Shown here: positions 13,271 through 25,087 of the stretch, piece by piece
Position numbering within the stretch: the first letter of the stretch is position 1
Layout of the letters: every line of letters begins with the position of its first letter
Assembly (NCBI GenBank): GCA_035084275.1
Contig: CM068744.1
Span: 10,726,001 to 10,790,000, forward strand
Source of the DNA: Hydrolagus colliei
Taxonomy: Eukaryota
Length of the DNA: 64,000 nt
Reading direction: 5' to 3'
The notes under the pieces: model-generated
The model's input: the letters and a program-made list of their open reading frames with translations, nothing else
Database searches by the model: none
Told to the model about the DNA's origin: nothing
Made by a program: the position numbers and the translations under genes

Positions 13271-14204
13271 TTTTAAATCACATTTGTATTTTTTGATGGG
13301 GCAAAAAGACATTCTCATCCTCAGTGGAAATACATAATTACCGTCAGGAAGGTGGTGGAGCTAAAGGTTCTGTACTTGTGTTTTTCTTATTTGTTTAGAT
13401 TTCGAAGTCAGTGAAGGCACGCTGATGCCAGAGACAAGTGCAAAGCTTGAAGAAAGACAAGAAGAAATGAATGTTGTAGAAAATAGTCCTTTGGGGAGGA
13501 TTTTGGATGCCTGGCAAAGGGAGAGTGGCACCTGCTGACATACATAAAGCTCTGTGTTACTGGGGGGCTGTATAATGGGAATGGGTTTAGTATTCAGCTG
13601 TGGTCAGGACAGCCTTAAAATATGCTGTTCGCCCCCAAATACCAGCGGCCGCCTAGGGGCAGCAGAGTGGCCAATGCAGGTTAGTGCTTCAGAAAACATG
13701 TGTAAGATTCTCACCCCAACACTCAGCAGGCTCCCACTACCCCAGGACCCCTCCTCTTCCCCTCACGCTCAATCTCCAAACACCCGGGGAGTGGAAGCCA
13801 TCATACTGTGAACAATCAATCACCCACGTCCACTTCCGATCCCTCTCACTGCGCGGCAAATTCGAAAACTGAGCAAAGCTGGCAGCAGCAGCAACAGCTG
13901 GAGAAGGTTGACTGACCTGGCTTTAGAACCCTGTAGATTCAGCAACTGGTCAAACACTTGTATCCAGCTCAGCTTCAAGGAGATCCTACTTACCTCTCTC
14001 CCACCCTCAATCCCAGAGCGTATATGAAATGTATATGTTAATAAATAATCAAAGGAAATGCATAGTTACGGAGTAACAAAAGGCACTTGCTAGTTTGCTC
14101 ATATCTTGACCCCAAAAATAGTCAATTCAAATCATGGTACATTCTCTGAAGTGCTTTCAGAAGTCTCAAAGACGTGATAATGTGTTATTGTCAAATGCAA
14201 GAAT

Positions 14205-14615
14205 TTTTTCAACAGCAAAATTACATTTATGTTGCGTTTCACGTAGGTAGGACATTCCAACAACAACAGCAAAATTACATTTATAGAGCACCTTTCACGT
14301 CGGGAAGACGTCCCAAGGTGCTGAACAGTCAGGGGTCAGGATCTGAATATGGGGAGGGCAGGGTAGGGGGAGAGGTGGGAGGGTCGCTGAAAGTATGATT
14401 GAAAAGGAGTGTCTTGAAGGAAGCATGGGAGGAAACGAGCTGAAGGGACTGTGTAATAGAGTTCCGGAGTGTGCGGGCAGAGACACTGAAAGCTCGGCCA
14501 CCAATGGTACGGTGTGTGGGGCGGGAGACGTAGAGCAGCCTGCTGAACCGGGCAGGTTTGTGGGGATTCAGCAGGTCGGAGAGATAGGAGGGGGCAAGGC
14601 CATGGATGGCCTTGT
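14205..14615 (-). mobile_element. L2 3' end with duplicated (GTT)n tail
   Basis: 'caacaacagcaaaattacatttatagagcacctttcacgtcgggaagacgtcccaagg' followed by L2 ORF2 C-terminus on the minus strand. Confidence 0.75.
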
Positions 14616-14760
14616 TACAACAATTGTTATTACATTTTTATCACTATTATTACAAGAATCACCCAACTTTCACTTTTAATGTAAGACATGGCACCAATAG
14701 ACCCGACTACATGATAAGAATGAAAGAGAATACAAGCTTGCAGCATGGTTGATTTCCTTT

Positions 14761-15095
14761 AATTATAATAATCCTTGCATTTGATATAGCGCTTTCCACA
14801 TTTTATCAACATCCCAAAGCGCTTCACAGAATATACTGTAAAGTGAATTAACTGTATACATTTGTGGGCGAATCGCGGCAGCCAATTGCGCACAGCAGTG
14901 TCCCACAAACAGTCGTGGATTGAAATGATCAATTTTATTATTGTTTTTTTTTGATGGATTATTATTAGGCGTGTGGAGTAAGGAAACTTGCCCAAGGTTT
15001 CACCCTGACCTGCCTGGATTCGAACACAGGTCTCCCCAGCTTGGTCTCCCCAGCTTGCAAGACAAGTGCTCTAACCACTGAGCTACAGGAGCTCC
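14761..15095 (-). mobile_element. Full-length young tRNA-derived SINE
   Basis: Minus strand: A box 'tagctcagtgg', B box 'gttcgaatcc', core 'gtgggacactgctgtgcgcaattggctgccgcg', tail 'aaatgcaaggattattataatt'. Confidence 0.9.
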
Positions 15096-15869
15096 AATTA
15101 TTATAGATAGAGGACAGATACAACAATGTGCACTTATTTAGTGCCCTCCATTCAGGGTAGCGTCTCAGAGTGCTGATGTCACAGGTATAAATAAAAGAAT
15201 AAATGGCCAGAGCCTTGAGTAAAGAAACTATAGGAGTGGATGGCCATTCGTCCATTCCAGTGACAAGGTCTATGTACAGTGACGTATCAAAGTGTTCTGT
15301 GAAGTACTTTCTTCAAACTTGGAAAGAAAACTAAGCACAGCAAACTAAGCAAACTAGGTCACATGAGGTACTTTCCCCCTAATAGTAATCATCCATGAAT
15401 TTCATTTACCACTTTTCACCTCTTCTATTCATTTTACAGTATATCCTGTGAAGTGCTTTGAGATGTCTAGAAGATGTGAAAAGCTCTATATGAAATGCAA
15501 GGATTATTACTTGTATATCCATTTCCAGCCAAACGTCTCCGAACTTGTTGAAAATAGTGCAAATTTGCTCCACAGTGTTTGGGTCATTGTCTGCATTACA
15601 AAAACAACTCACATTTATATAAGGTAGCACATGTGGAGGATGGGGTCTCGGGATTTAACATTGATAAACTATTACTTTTAACAGGGATGAACAAAAGTAT
15701 GAGTGGGTGCTGTCTCTGCCTGTGTGGACAAGTTATTTTCAGATTGTCGACTTCCTTAAAAAATATATTTTCCATTAATTTCCCATAATTCACATTTTAC
15801 TTCTCCTCAACGGCATTCTTCAAATGTTTAAGATTCTCCCCTGCTGCATTTTGGCATATCTGAGATTAC

Positions 15870-16015
15870 ACACAAAAACAGAAATCGCTGGGAACACTCA
15901 GCAGGTCAGGCAGCATCTATGGAGAAAGAAAAAGAGAGTCAACCTTTCGGGTCCACGATCCTTCATCAGAACTATTTCAGATTTCCAGCATCTGCAGTAT
16001 TTTGCGTTTTTGTCT
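15870..16015. mobile_element. Second copy of the Penelope-derived repeat (one arm largely deleted)
   Basis: Shares 'gctgggaa.actcagcaggtcaggcagcatc..tggagaaag' with 10110-10170; minus-strand CTGATGAAggatcgtggacccGAAAggtt at 15941-15969. Confidence 0.7.
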
Positions 16016-16025
16016 GACATTACAA

Positions 16026-16265
16026 GAACACAACTTCGATTTATATAGCGTCCTCCACGCTGGATGGGGTCTCAGAGAGCTTCACAATAACGGATCCTGG
16101 GTCCGAGCCAGGGGGAGGGGGAAAAAGGTGACCGAAGGCGCGGTCGAACAGAAAGGTCTTTAGCCGAGACCTGAAACTAGGAGAAGAGGGAGAGAGGTAA
16201 AGGGAGTGAGGAAGGGAGTTCCAGAGCTTTCGGGCGTAGTGGCTGAAGGCACTGGTGGTGCGGAG
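16026..16265 (-). mobile_element. L2 3' end
   Basis: 'AFSHYARKLWNSLPHSL...[14 protein letters not shown]' plus the family tail. Confidence 0.85.
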
Positions 16266-16811
16266 GTTACAATCTCTCTCTTGGCTATGCTGTATCACGT
16301 AGATCTTAGCTTGATGCCTTTTATATTTCTTGGTCAAACCTGCCCCATTCTCAATCTGCAACCTTTTAATTGTACACTGAAATGAGCAGAGTAGAACTCG
16401 TTCAAAAGCCAGCAAGTTTTGACCAAGATATAATTAGGTAAATATAACAGCACACTAATCTTAACAACAACAACAGCAAATTATATTTGCACAGCACCTT
16501 TCAGTCAGGAGGATGTCCCAAATTCAAGACGTGATTCAAAACCTAAGGATCATGCAGCATGTGAGAGAGTTTATTATAAGATTATGTTATTATATAACGT
16601 TTCAGGTCGATGACCTTTTGTCTATTGTAATTTCTGTCCACTGTGACTCTGCACCGATAGACATCAAACATCAGTGAATTCACAAGAGAGAAGGGAAAAA
16701 AAACTTTCAAACTGAACCACATGTAACAAGAGGTTCTGCAGTGGGCAAGAATAGTCTTTAGTTTTAACTGAGTAAAAGGGTCAGTCTCCTTTAAGACCGG
16801 CAAGCCTTCAC

Positions 16812-16917
16812 TTTGACTGACACGTCCGTCATCCAATCATACGTGAGAATGCGCACCACCCTGCGGGGCAGCTCGTCACAGCCGCATCTTGGATTGGCTG
16901 ATGATCTGTCAGTCAAA
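16812..16917. promoter_or_regulatory. Candidate promoter: inverted pair of TGACTGACA-CCAAT (TALE/NF-Y) composite motifs
   Basis: tttgactgacac...ccaatc (16812-16838) and, inverted, gattgg...ctgtcagtcaaa (16892-16917), around a CpG-richer core. Confidence 0.55.
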
Positions 16918-17127
16918 CCGCTGTTTCATCTGCCTTAAAGGGGCTGACACACACACTGGGAGTCTGAGGGGATGGGGCTGAGTACTTCCTCAAGGTCATT
17001 GCTCTTTCAGGTCACCTGAAAGAGATGAGCTGTGAATGAATAGTGAGGTGGTGAGCTGAGCCTCCTCTAGCTCAGGCTACCACTGCCTTGTTGCCCAGAC
17101 AACACACCAATACACTACAAACCTGTG

Positions 17128-17730
17128 TACGAATCCAGCCAGGTCAGGGCGAAACCATGGGTAAGTTTCCTTACTCCACACGCCTAATAATCCTACAAAA
17201 AAAACCACAACAATAAAATTAGTCATTTCATTCCACAACTGTTTGTGGGACACTGCTGTGCGCAATTGGCTGTCGCGTTTCGCCCACAAATATACAGTCA
17301 ATTCACTTTCCAGTATATTCTGTGAAGCGCTTTGAGACGTCTAGAAGATGTGAAAAGTGCTATATCAAATGCAAGGATTAATGTATGATTACAACAACAA
17401 CAACTTTGATTTATATAGTGCCCTCCACGCCGGACAGCGTCTTAGAGCACGTTACAGTATTGTCCCACTGACAGCCATGGGATAATGAAACTATTGTATT
17501 TGGTGATTGTTGGCCAGGACACCGGGACAAACTCTCCTCTCTTTTCAAAAACAGGGATCTTTAACATCCACCTGAACAGGCAGACGGGACCTGATTTGAA
17601 GGACGTTCTGATCTGAATGGACGGCACCTCTAACATCTCTGACCATTGCATTGCCATGTCGGTGTAATGTGAGAGATCAGGTCCTGACTTGTTCTGCCCC
17701 AGAGATGAGAGTGCTACAAACTGAACCAAC
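17128..17730. mobile_element. Nested SINEs: tRNA SINE (+, 17128-17385), L2 tail, Deu SINE (-, ~17460-17730)
   Basis: Family-diagnostic head, core and tail strings as in other copies; Deu core 'gggatctttaacatccacctgaacaggcagacgggacc...gacggcacctc'. Confidence 0.75.
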
Positions 17731-18012
17731 AACAATAACAACTTTAATTTATATAGAGCTCTCCACACCGGACGGCGTCTCAGAGCGCTTCACAATAGCG
17801 GATCCCGGGACCGGGGCAGGGGTTGAAAGGTGACCAAAGGCACAGTGGAAGAGAAAGGTCTTTAGCTGTGACCTAACACTGGGAAGAGAGGGGTCGAGGC
17901 GAGGGGAGCGAGGAAGGGAGTTCCAGAGCCTCGGGGCTTGGTGGCTGAAGGCCGCCGAGGGTGGAGCGGAGGATTCGGGGGACAAGGAGGAGGCCAGACC
18001 CGGTGGAGCTAA
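17727..18012 (-). mobile_element. L2 3' end
   Basis: 'AAFSHQAPRLWNSLPRS...RSQLKTFLFHCAF' plus tail. Confidence 0.85.
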
Positions 18013-18064
18013 GGTAGGCTGATCGACACCCGTGCACCGGCATCAGCAACAGCTACCCGCCCGA

Positions 18065-18420
18065 GATCACTGGTGAATTCACACTGGAGAGAGACAGATA
18101 GTCAGAGGGAGAGGTAGAGAGAGAGAGAGAAGGCCTTTAAGTGTATTAGGTGACAAAATAATTCCCTGTAGGGCCTTTGTTCACCTGCCGCTGCTTCAGT
18201 GCGGTCACCACAGGGGAGAGGCTGTTTGTGTGCCGAGTGACACTTGTCACTTGGCGTTACAGCAGAGGACACACAACGGAGAGAAAAATCAAGGGTGCAC
18301 TGTGTGCAAACACAGATTTTCTGATCCCAGCCCTCTGTCTGGACACCAGATAACACACATTAGGGAGAGAGTGTCTGAAGCAATTGCGGCTGGTGATGTT
18401 TTCGACAGTTGAGGCAATCC
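18065..18420 (+). pseudogene. Decayed C2H2 zinc-finger gene fragment
   Basis: 'attcacactggagag...aggcctttaagtgt' (IHTGE-RPFKC split by a GA repeat), 'cacaggggagagg', and ORF 'HLALQQRTHNGEKNQGCTVCKHRFSDPSPLSGHQITHIRER'; contains stops and frameshifts. Confidence 0.7.
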
Positions 18421-19649
18421 ACAGATTTGCAATCTTGTTACCCATGGCAATGAGCCCTTCGCTAACTGGGAAACATGGGTATTGCTGTACCTGACAGGTT
18501 GCTACTGGTCTGAAGAGGAGCCATGTGAAAAAGTGATTTGTGCCGTTCTCTCAGCTGCCAATGGATCAGGACGAACGTGCTCCTTGTATTTGATATAATA
18601 CTTTGAGATGTCTCAAAGCGCTTCATGGAATATACTGTCATGTGAACAGACTGTATATTTTGTGGGCGAATACTGTAATTGGAAAGGGAAAAATATAAAC
18701 AGGTATGGTGAGCGGGTCTGTCAGATAACTCTTAAGAGAGCTAACAGACACGATAGACTGAAAGGCCTTCTGCTGAAGTCTGGTTCTACGTATCAAATTT
18801 GTAAAGAATCCTGAAATTTTTTCCCTATAAATATATATATACAGTATATATACATTGGTTGTTGGCGGATAATGAATTTTCCAATAATTCAATGATGAAC
18901 GAAGGATATTTACCAAATGATATTAATGAAACATTGCAGCAAGTGTTTAAAATATATATATATTTTTAAATAAAGCTGGTTTTGTTTTGCATTCCATCCC
19001 TGGTAGTGAGAATGAGCTTTAATGCAGGCACCCAGCTCTTTATGTGCAGAGCAAAGCTGCCTGTGTCACTGGAGGAGTGAACCAGGAACTGGGAGTCATT
19101 TAGTGTTGGAAAGTGTAACAGCTCAGAGCGTTTACATTGCCTCAGATCACTCTGCAATGGTTCAAATATATTTGTGCGACAGGGGAATAATGCAGTTGTT
19201 TACCCCGAGTGTCACAAACATTACTGATCATAACAAGAGGGAGAATAACCCTCCTTAGCTTCCGGGTGAGTGAGTTTATAGCAAAGGCAACAGCACACGA
19301 TCACTGATTTCAGAGCCTCCCCCAGGCAGGGCAAGGGAAGGCAGGGCGAGGCAAGCATGTATTTCCGAGGTTATCTTTAACTTGACATGAGATTGCACGT
19401 ATCAATCACACCGTGATAATTTGCACTTGACTTTCCAGCCTGCATCGTTGCAATGTGCATTTGCAGGTTGCTGTTTTTGTCGATGTCAATCAATTTCTTA
19501 TCTCCAGTGCTCACCCAGTTGATTTACTCGGAAGATTGTCTACTCACACAATGCAAGGTGTTAATGAACAGTGTAGCTGATATTCAAATTACTGACTTCT
19601 GACCTCTTTAATTTTTTCAACAACTTTTTTTTGTGTGTTTATTTTATGC

Positions 19650-20280
19650 TTAAACTGCAACAAATTACATTTGTGTGACGCCTTTCGCGTTGGAAAGACG
19701 TCCCAAGACGCCAGAGTGTCGGGAATTTGGATCCGAGCAGTGGGGTTGGGATCAGGAGGGGGTGGAGGGCAGGAACAACAATACTTACATTTATATAGCG
19801 CCTTTCACGTCGAGAGGACATCCCAAGGCGCTGTACAGTCAGGTAGGACAAGAGCAGGGTGGGAAGGATCAGGGCAGGATAAAGCATAGTAGGAAAAGTA
19901 ACTGTATATTAGTGGGCGAAACGCGGCAGCCAAATTGCGCACAGCAGTGTCCCACAATCAGTCACGGAAGTGGGACTAGGGGCAAAAGGGGGTAAAGAAG
20001 CAAAAGGGGAGGGGTCGAGGCAGGGGGAAGAAAGGCAGGAAAGTATAGAGAAGCGGCCAAAGGCGTGGACAGTGAGAAGGGTCTTGAAGCAGGTCTTGAA
20101 AGAGGCGAGGGAGAGAGCAAGGCGAAGGAATGTGGAATGGAGTTCCAAAGGGTGGTGGCGGAGAGGCTGAATGCAGATGGTGGGGCCATTTGGTGGACGT
20201 GCCATAGGCTGGAGCTTGCTGAGTGGATGGGGTGGGTTGATATGTTAGCAGGTCACAGAGGTAGGTACAGAGAAAACTGA
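19650..20280 (-). mobile_element. L2 3' end whose 3' UTR contains the SINE core, plus a second L2 tail
   Basis: ORF2 C-terminus 'AFSLSATTLWNSIP...FKTCFKTLL', then 'gtgggacactgctgtgcgcaatttggctgccgcg', then tail 'gcgccttgggatgtcc...aaatgtaagtattgttg'. Confidence 0.8.
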
Positions 20281-21314
20281 TGCACCAAATAAAGATGTGA
20301 AAAGCGCTATATCAAATTCAAGGTGATTATTATTATTAAAGACCAGCAAAGTTCAAACAACATCCAACATTTCTCTGACTCTCATTCCCTTCCAAGTTTT
20401 TTTTTAATATACTGTAGTGTATAAATTCAACCACATCTGTGTTTACATCTTAATCTGCGCAGATGAAATCATGGAACAAGGTGATGAGAGTAGAACAACC
20501 TATCTCCTGTGCAGCAAATTTCAAACTTACCAACAGTGTTTTGTTTTACATTAAAAAAAGTAGCTGTACCCATTGCAATTTTGATTGCAATCAAAGGATA
20601 CAAAATGTGAAGTAGATCAACACACAGACAGCTATTCCATCTTTATCTCTACTCAGCTGGGAGGACTCCTGTGGGAGGATTCCAATTGGGAAGACAAACA
20701 GCCATGACAACCCAAACAAACTGCCATATATTTGCTCCAGAATACATTAGTATAGATGTATTTCCTTTCTATTTTGTTGCAGAATACCATGTATACCTCA
20801 TATTTGGGGGCTTGAAGCATGTATTAAATATAGCTCATCAACAAAAGGAGATCCATGAAACAAAAAAAAATTGCCCATGGTACTCTCACACACAAGAGCT
20901 TTCTGATGAGGTGTGAATCATGCCTCTACATCAATTGTTTACGGTATTATTGGCGGACACACACACAAATAGAGACATTTTGTCTTTATTAGTAGAGATG
21001 AGCAAAAATACTCTGAGTTTGCAAACTGGTCTACAAAAAGCAATGGATTGTATAATAACACATACATCTGGAAGGTCTGTCACAGCAGGAAACTGCCAGA
21101 TTCCACCGATCCTACAGGACATCGCTCTCACTGTGCAGTGAGAGCGATGGGGCTCTGGGAAGGGGCTCTGGTATCTGACACAGTTGGAAGGCATAATAAT
21201 ATATAATAATAATACTTGTATCTAAACCACACAAGCCGCCCATATACGACAGTCTTGAACGAATCCAGTTAACGTTTCTCACTTTCAACAAAGACTCTCC
21301 AGAATATCTCCAGG

Positions 21315-21605
21315 TGCAGCGCATTTCACATTGGGAGAATGTCCCAAGGCGCTGGACAGTCAATGGATTTGATGTCCCCCGACCCACCTGCCCAATGGTT
21401 GGGCAGGTGGGTCAGGGGACATGGAGCAGGCCAGAGTCTGCTGAGCGGAGGTGGTGGGCAGGTTGGTAGGGGAATAGGAGGTCACGGATGTAGGGTGGGG
21501 TGAGGTTGTGGAGGGCTTTATATGTGAGGACCAGGATCTTGAATTGGATCCTCTGGGTGATGGGGAGCCAGTGGAGTCGGGCAAGGACGGGGGAGATGGG
21601 GTGTA
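21315..21605 (-). mobile_element. L2 fragment
   Basis: '[41 protein letters not shown]'. Confidence 0.85.
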
Positions 21606-21679
21606 GAATTTTTTTTACTAATGAGGATGCACATAGCAAAGTTTTTAATTAATTGGATATTATAAGTGATGGTATCAGG

Positions 21680-22110
21680 CTGGCTAAGTTAGAAGCACTC
21701 CTGGCTCTTGGAGTCCAAAGGTTTTGTGTTCTAGACCCAGGTCAGGATATTGAAATTATAGTCTAGGATATCATTCCAGTGCAATGCTGGGGAGTGTGAA
21801 TAACTCTATTGTTGGAGGCACTATTTATTGAAGGAGACATTAAACTGGCTGCTTGATCAGGTAGATAATAAGGGTTCCATGCCATGATTCAAAAACTGCA
21901 GGAGGTTTTTCTGTTTTCCTGTCCAACAATTCCAACAAGAAAAATGTTCATTCACTCATGGCTTTATGTGGGACAAAGCTGTGTGAAAAGTGACTGCTGC
22001 ATTGGCCTATAACACACACAGAAACTACACATCAAAATGAATCCTGTGAAGTGTTTTGAGAGATCTTTCCCATATAACAAGCACTATATCAAATGCAAGG
22101 ATTATCATCT
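21680..22110 (+). mobile_element. Deu-domain SINE
   Basis: tRNA-like head, Deu-like core 'ggaggcactatttattgaaggagacattaaactgg', tail 'ctatatcaaatgcaaggattat'. Confidence 0.6.
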
Positions 22111-23500
22111 TCGTGCAAGCGTTGAAAACAATGGAATTTACAGAGTAAATGTTTGCTTCTCTGACTGAACCCATTAATGAGTTCCAATCAGTTCTCCTCA
22201 AATTGCATCGATTACTCTCATGCGCACATTTCCCTTATATCTATCTGTACCTATGTTTTGTATATACAGTATAGAGTTACAAAGAAAGACAGATATAATT
22301 CCATGTAATTCTCCAATTGCAAGCGTGGAATGTTACACAACAAGTGCCACACAATTGCTTATTTTCCCTATTAACTACATGACACCTGTTGTCTGTAATT
22401 TACTCAGTGCTGTATTACACAAACCTTTCAATAAGTGGCTTGAACCAGTGAAACAAATTATGTTTCTTGAAAACAACAATGTTCAAAATAAACTCATTGT
22501 CACATGCAGGAAGGGAAAAATGCAATGTTTCTTAATAAATTCAACAATCGTTAAACATATTAATCAACATGTTTTCCAAATTTTTCAATTTTCCATTGTT
22601 TCCTGATGTCTGGCTGTGGGAGTGAATAACTCCCCAACTTCAGTACAACAGTTTGGTCAGACGGTGTTTTCTAAAATCGTTAGTATCGACCTCAATGTTT
22701 GCTTAGGAGGCTTGATCTTCTTTTAAATCTGGAGTCAGTGATTAAGTACTGCCTCGGAGAGTAACAATGGAGTTAAGTGTTTAAGCTATTTTTAGCTGCC
22801 CTGAAATACCAATCTTCCTGATCCGGAAAAAGAATCAAATACAGAAACCTTCTGACAGACTATTTAAGCATTGTGAGTCATTACCCTACGTATATTCTGT
22901 GAATATACAGTATTACAGTATATTCTGTGAAGTGCTTTGAAATGTCTAGAAGACGTGAAAAGCACTATATCAATTGCAAGGATTATTATTATTACATAAA
23001 GGGCACTACTGAAATTAAGTTAAAATATCTAAAAATAAATGCATACTTTGGTGCTGTATCTTTTGATAAATAATTGCCTGTTACATTATATTTGTGTGTC
23101 TGCTTTTCCTTACCAGTCAAAAGAAAGGAAAGTTACATTACAAAACACAGTACAATTTGCACCTGTGTATTGCTTTCCATATTGGGTGGATGTTCCAAAG
23201 CGATGGGCAATTCTAGTTGGGTTGAAGTTCTATAAACAGCGCATTAGCCTGTGTGAGAAAAAGATCAAAAATGGACTTATGCCTCACATGGAGCATACAT
23301 TTTAGCACAGTCAGGTAGATCCGTATAGCAAACACTGACTCTGTGGATCAACTCTATCAGGACGCTGTTTCCTAGCTGCTCTATCAGTTGCGATGCTGAA
23401 TTTTCTTTATTGCTTCCTCCAATGTCATGGTAGAGTGGTAGAGTTTACTGATATCTTATTGTTTACATATCCCTCTCCTGAGATTAGCTTTTGAATCCTG

Positions 23501-23535
23501 AGGACTGGGTGGGATCATTGATCCCACCCAGTCCT
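23501..23535. repeat. Perfect 17-bp inverted repeat with 1-nt spacer
   Basis: aggactgggtgggatca-t-tgatcccacccagtcct. Confidence 0.95.
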
Positions 23536-25087
23536 TCCCCACTGAACCAGTCGTTGCTCCCGGACATTGTTTATGATCATAGCTCTAAAAAAGATCACAA
23601 TCCACATGCACAAAGTCACCAGAGGCAATAACCACCTGCATGTTAAATGACTTCAAAATTTGCTGGATTCTGTGTGAATCGTATAGTTTGAGAAACGTCT
23701 ACCTGTGAAACGGCTTCTGGGTTTGCAGTTGAAGGAAACTAAATTGTTGGCAAGACATTGACATACATCTTTTTGGATTTCCTCCTGAGTTAAATTGGTT
23801 CCGGAAAGCATCATCTCCTAGAGTAAGTGTTTTTTTTCTCACCTCTGCTGTATATGATCACCGTTTACATCCACTGTTGCCTGCATTTAAATTTTAATCT
23901 CAAACCTTTCCTTGGTTCATATGATAAAAGGACAATTTATGTGTGAGTGGCAAACATTTATATGTAGATGAGCTTGCGTTGGATGTCTGAACAAAAGCAT
24001 TATACAGTACAAAGAGAAGAAAGGATCATAATATATTTGTAGCATTTTCCCCCATTCCACTGGATTTTGTTGTTGTTGATTCGCTGCTGTAGTTTCTATA
24101 GAAACCCTAAAGATGATACAAGTTGGTTTAGAAGAACACAGAAGTTTCCTACTGCTAGCCAAACATTTGCCACTGCTCAGCATCGCAGTAAAACACCTTT
24201 GTCTCTTTCGCATCAATGTTCATATTAGATTTACATCTGATCTCAAAATTTGAAAAGAATGCCCACTAAGAATATTTTGCTTATTATCCTTATTTTCATT
24301 CACTATGTATTCTATTTTAATATATAATTACTATTAAAAAATAAACCTTGCAGTTGCCTTAGCACCATATAATGTCAATGAGACATGTTAAAGCGCTTCA
24401 CAGGATATACAATAAAGTGTTGTGATTGTGTGTATTAATTCATTACTGATTTGGTTTCTTTGATTTACAAATGTTCTTTGTAGCTATGTTTTCTATACAA
24501 AGACAATCAAAGACAATGTTTAAATTCTTTATTTTTCTACCATTTGTATGGATAGTCAAGATATTTCTATTCTCTGATTTTATAACTATCAAACTATTTC
24601 AATGCTGCACCTTGATGATATCAGTTGCACAGTAAATATTAAGTTAATCTAACCATGGGTATAAGAGGGAATGTGGTGGGGTAGGTTTCAGAGATGAATG
24701 CAAGTTTGGGGGATTTTGTTGACTTTAGGTTTCAAAGAGATTAGGATAGTTGCTCATTTTACACAGGATTTATTCTAAGAGATAGGTCAGGTATTGCTTT
24801 GTTCAGATTCTGTACTGATCTCTTTGTTTATTGCATGAAGGAGTTGGTTCTTGTCCACACACATCATTGTATCTGACACAATAGTTGAGTACCAACTCCA
24901 TTTACTAACCCGCTGTTCTGCTTGGGGTTGGGAAGCATGTTGGATTTTTTTCCACTGTTTTAATGTATGTTGCCCCAATACATCCCGCTTTAAGAATAAT
25001 CCCACCATTATCGTTTTTGTCTGTCCAGGCTGAATCAGAGTCCCCTGGGTATGAGCAGAGTGTGGAGACACACTCCATTACTAATGA

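Noticed and set aside
14990-15095. tRNA-like sequences with A and B boxes (also at 37700, 40690, 47225, 48745, 56270)
   Set aside because: These are SINE heads attached to SINE bodies and tails, not tRNA genes.
20784-21141. Acceptor followed by short ORFs (LLVEMSKNTLSLQTGLQKAMDCI)
   Set aside because: Interrupted by stops and no recognisable domain; cannot support as an exon without expression data.
24780-25085. Possible old minus-strand RT fragment flanking the CR1
   Set aside because: Similarity too degenerate to assign by eye.
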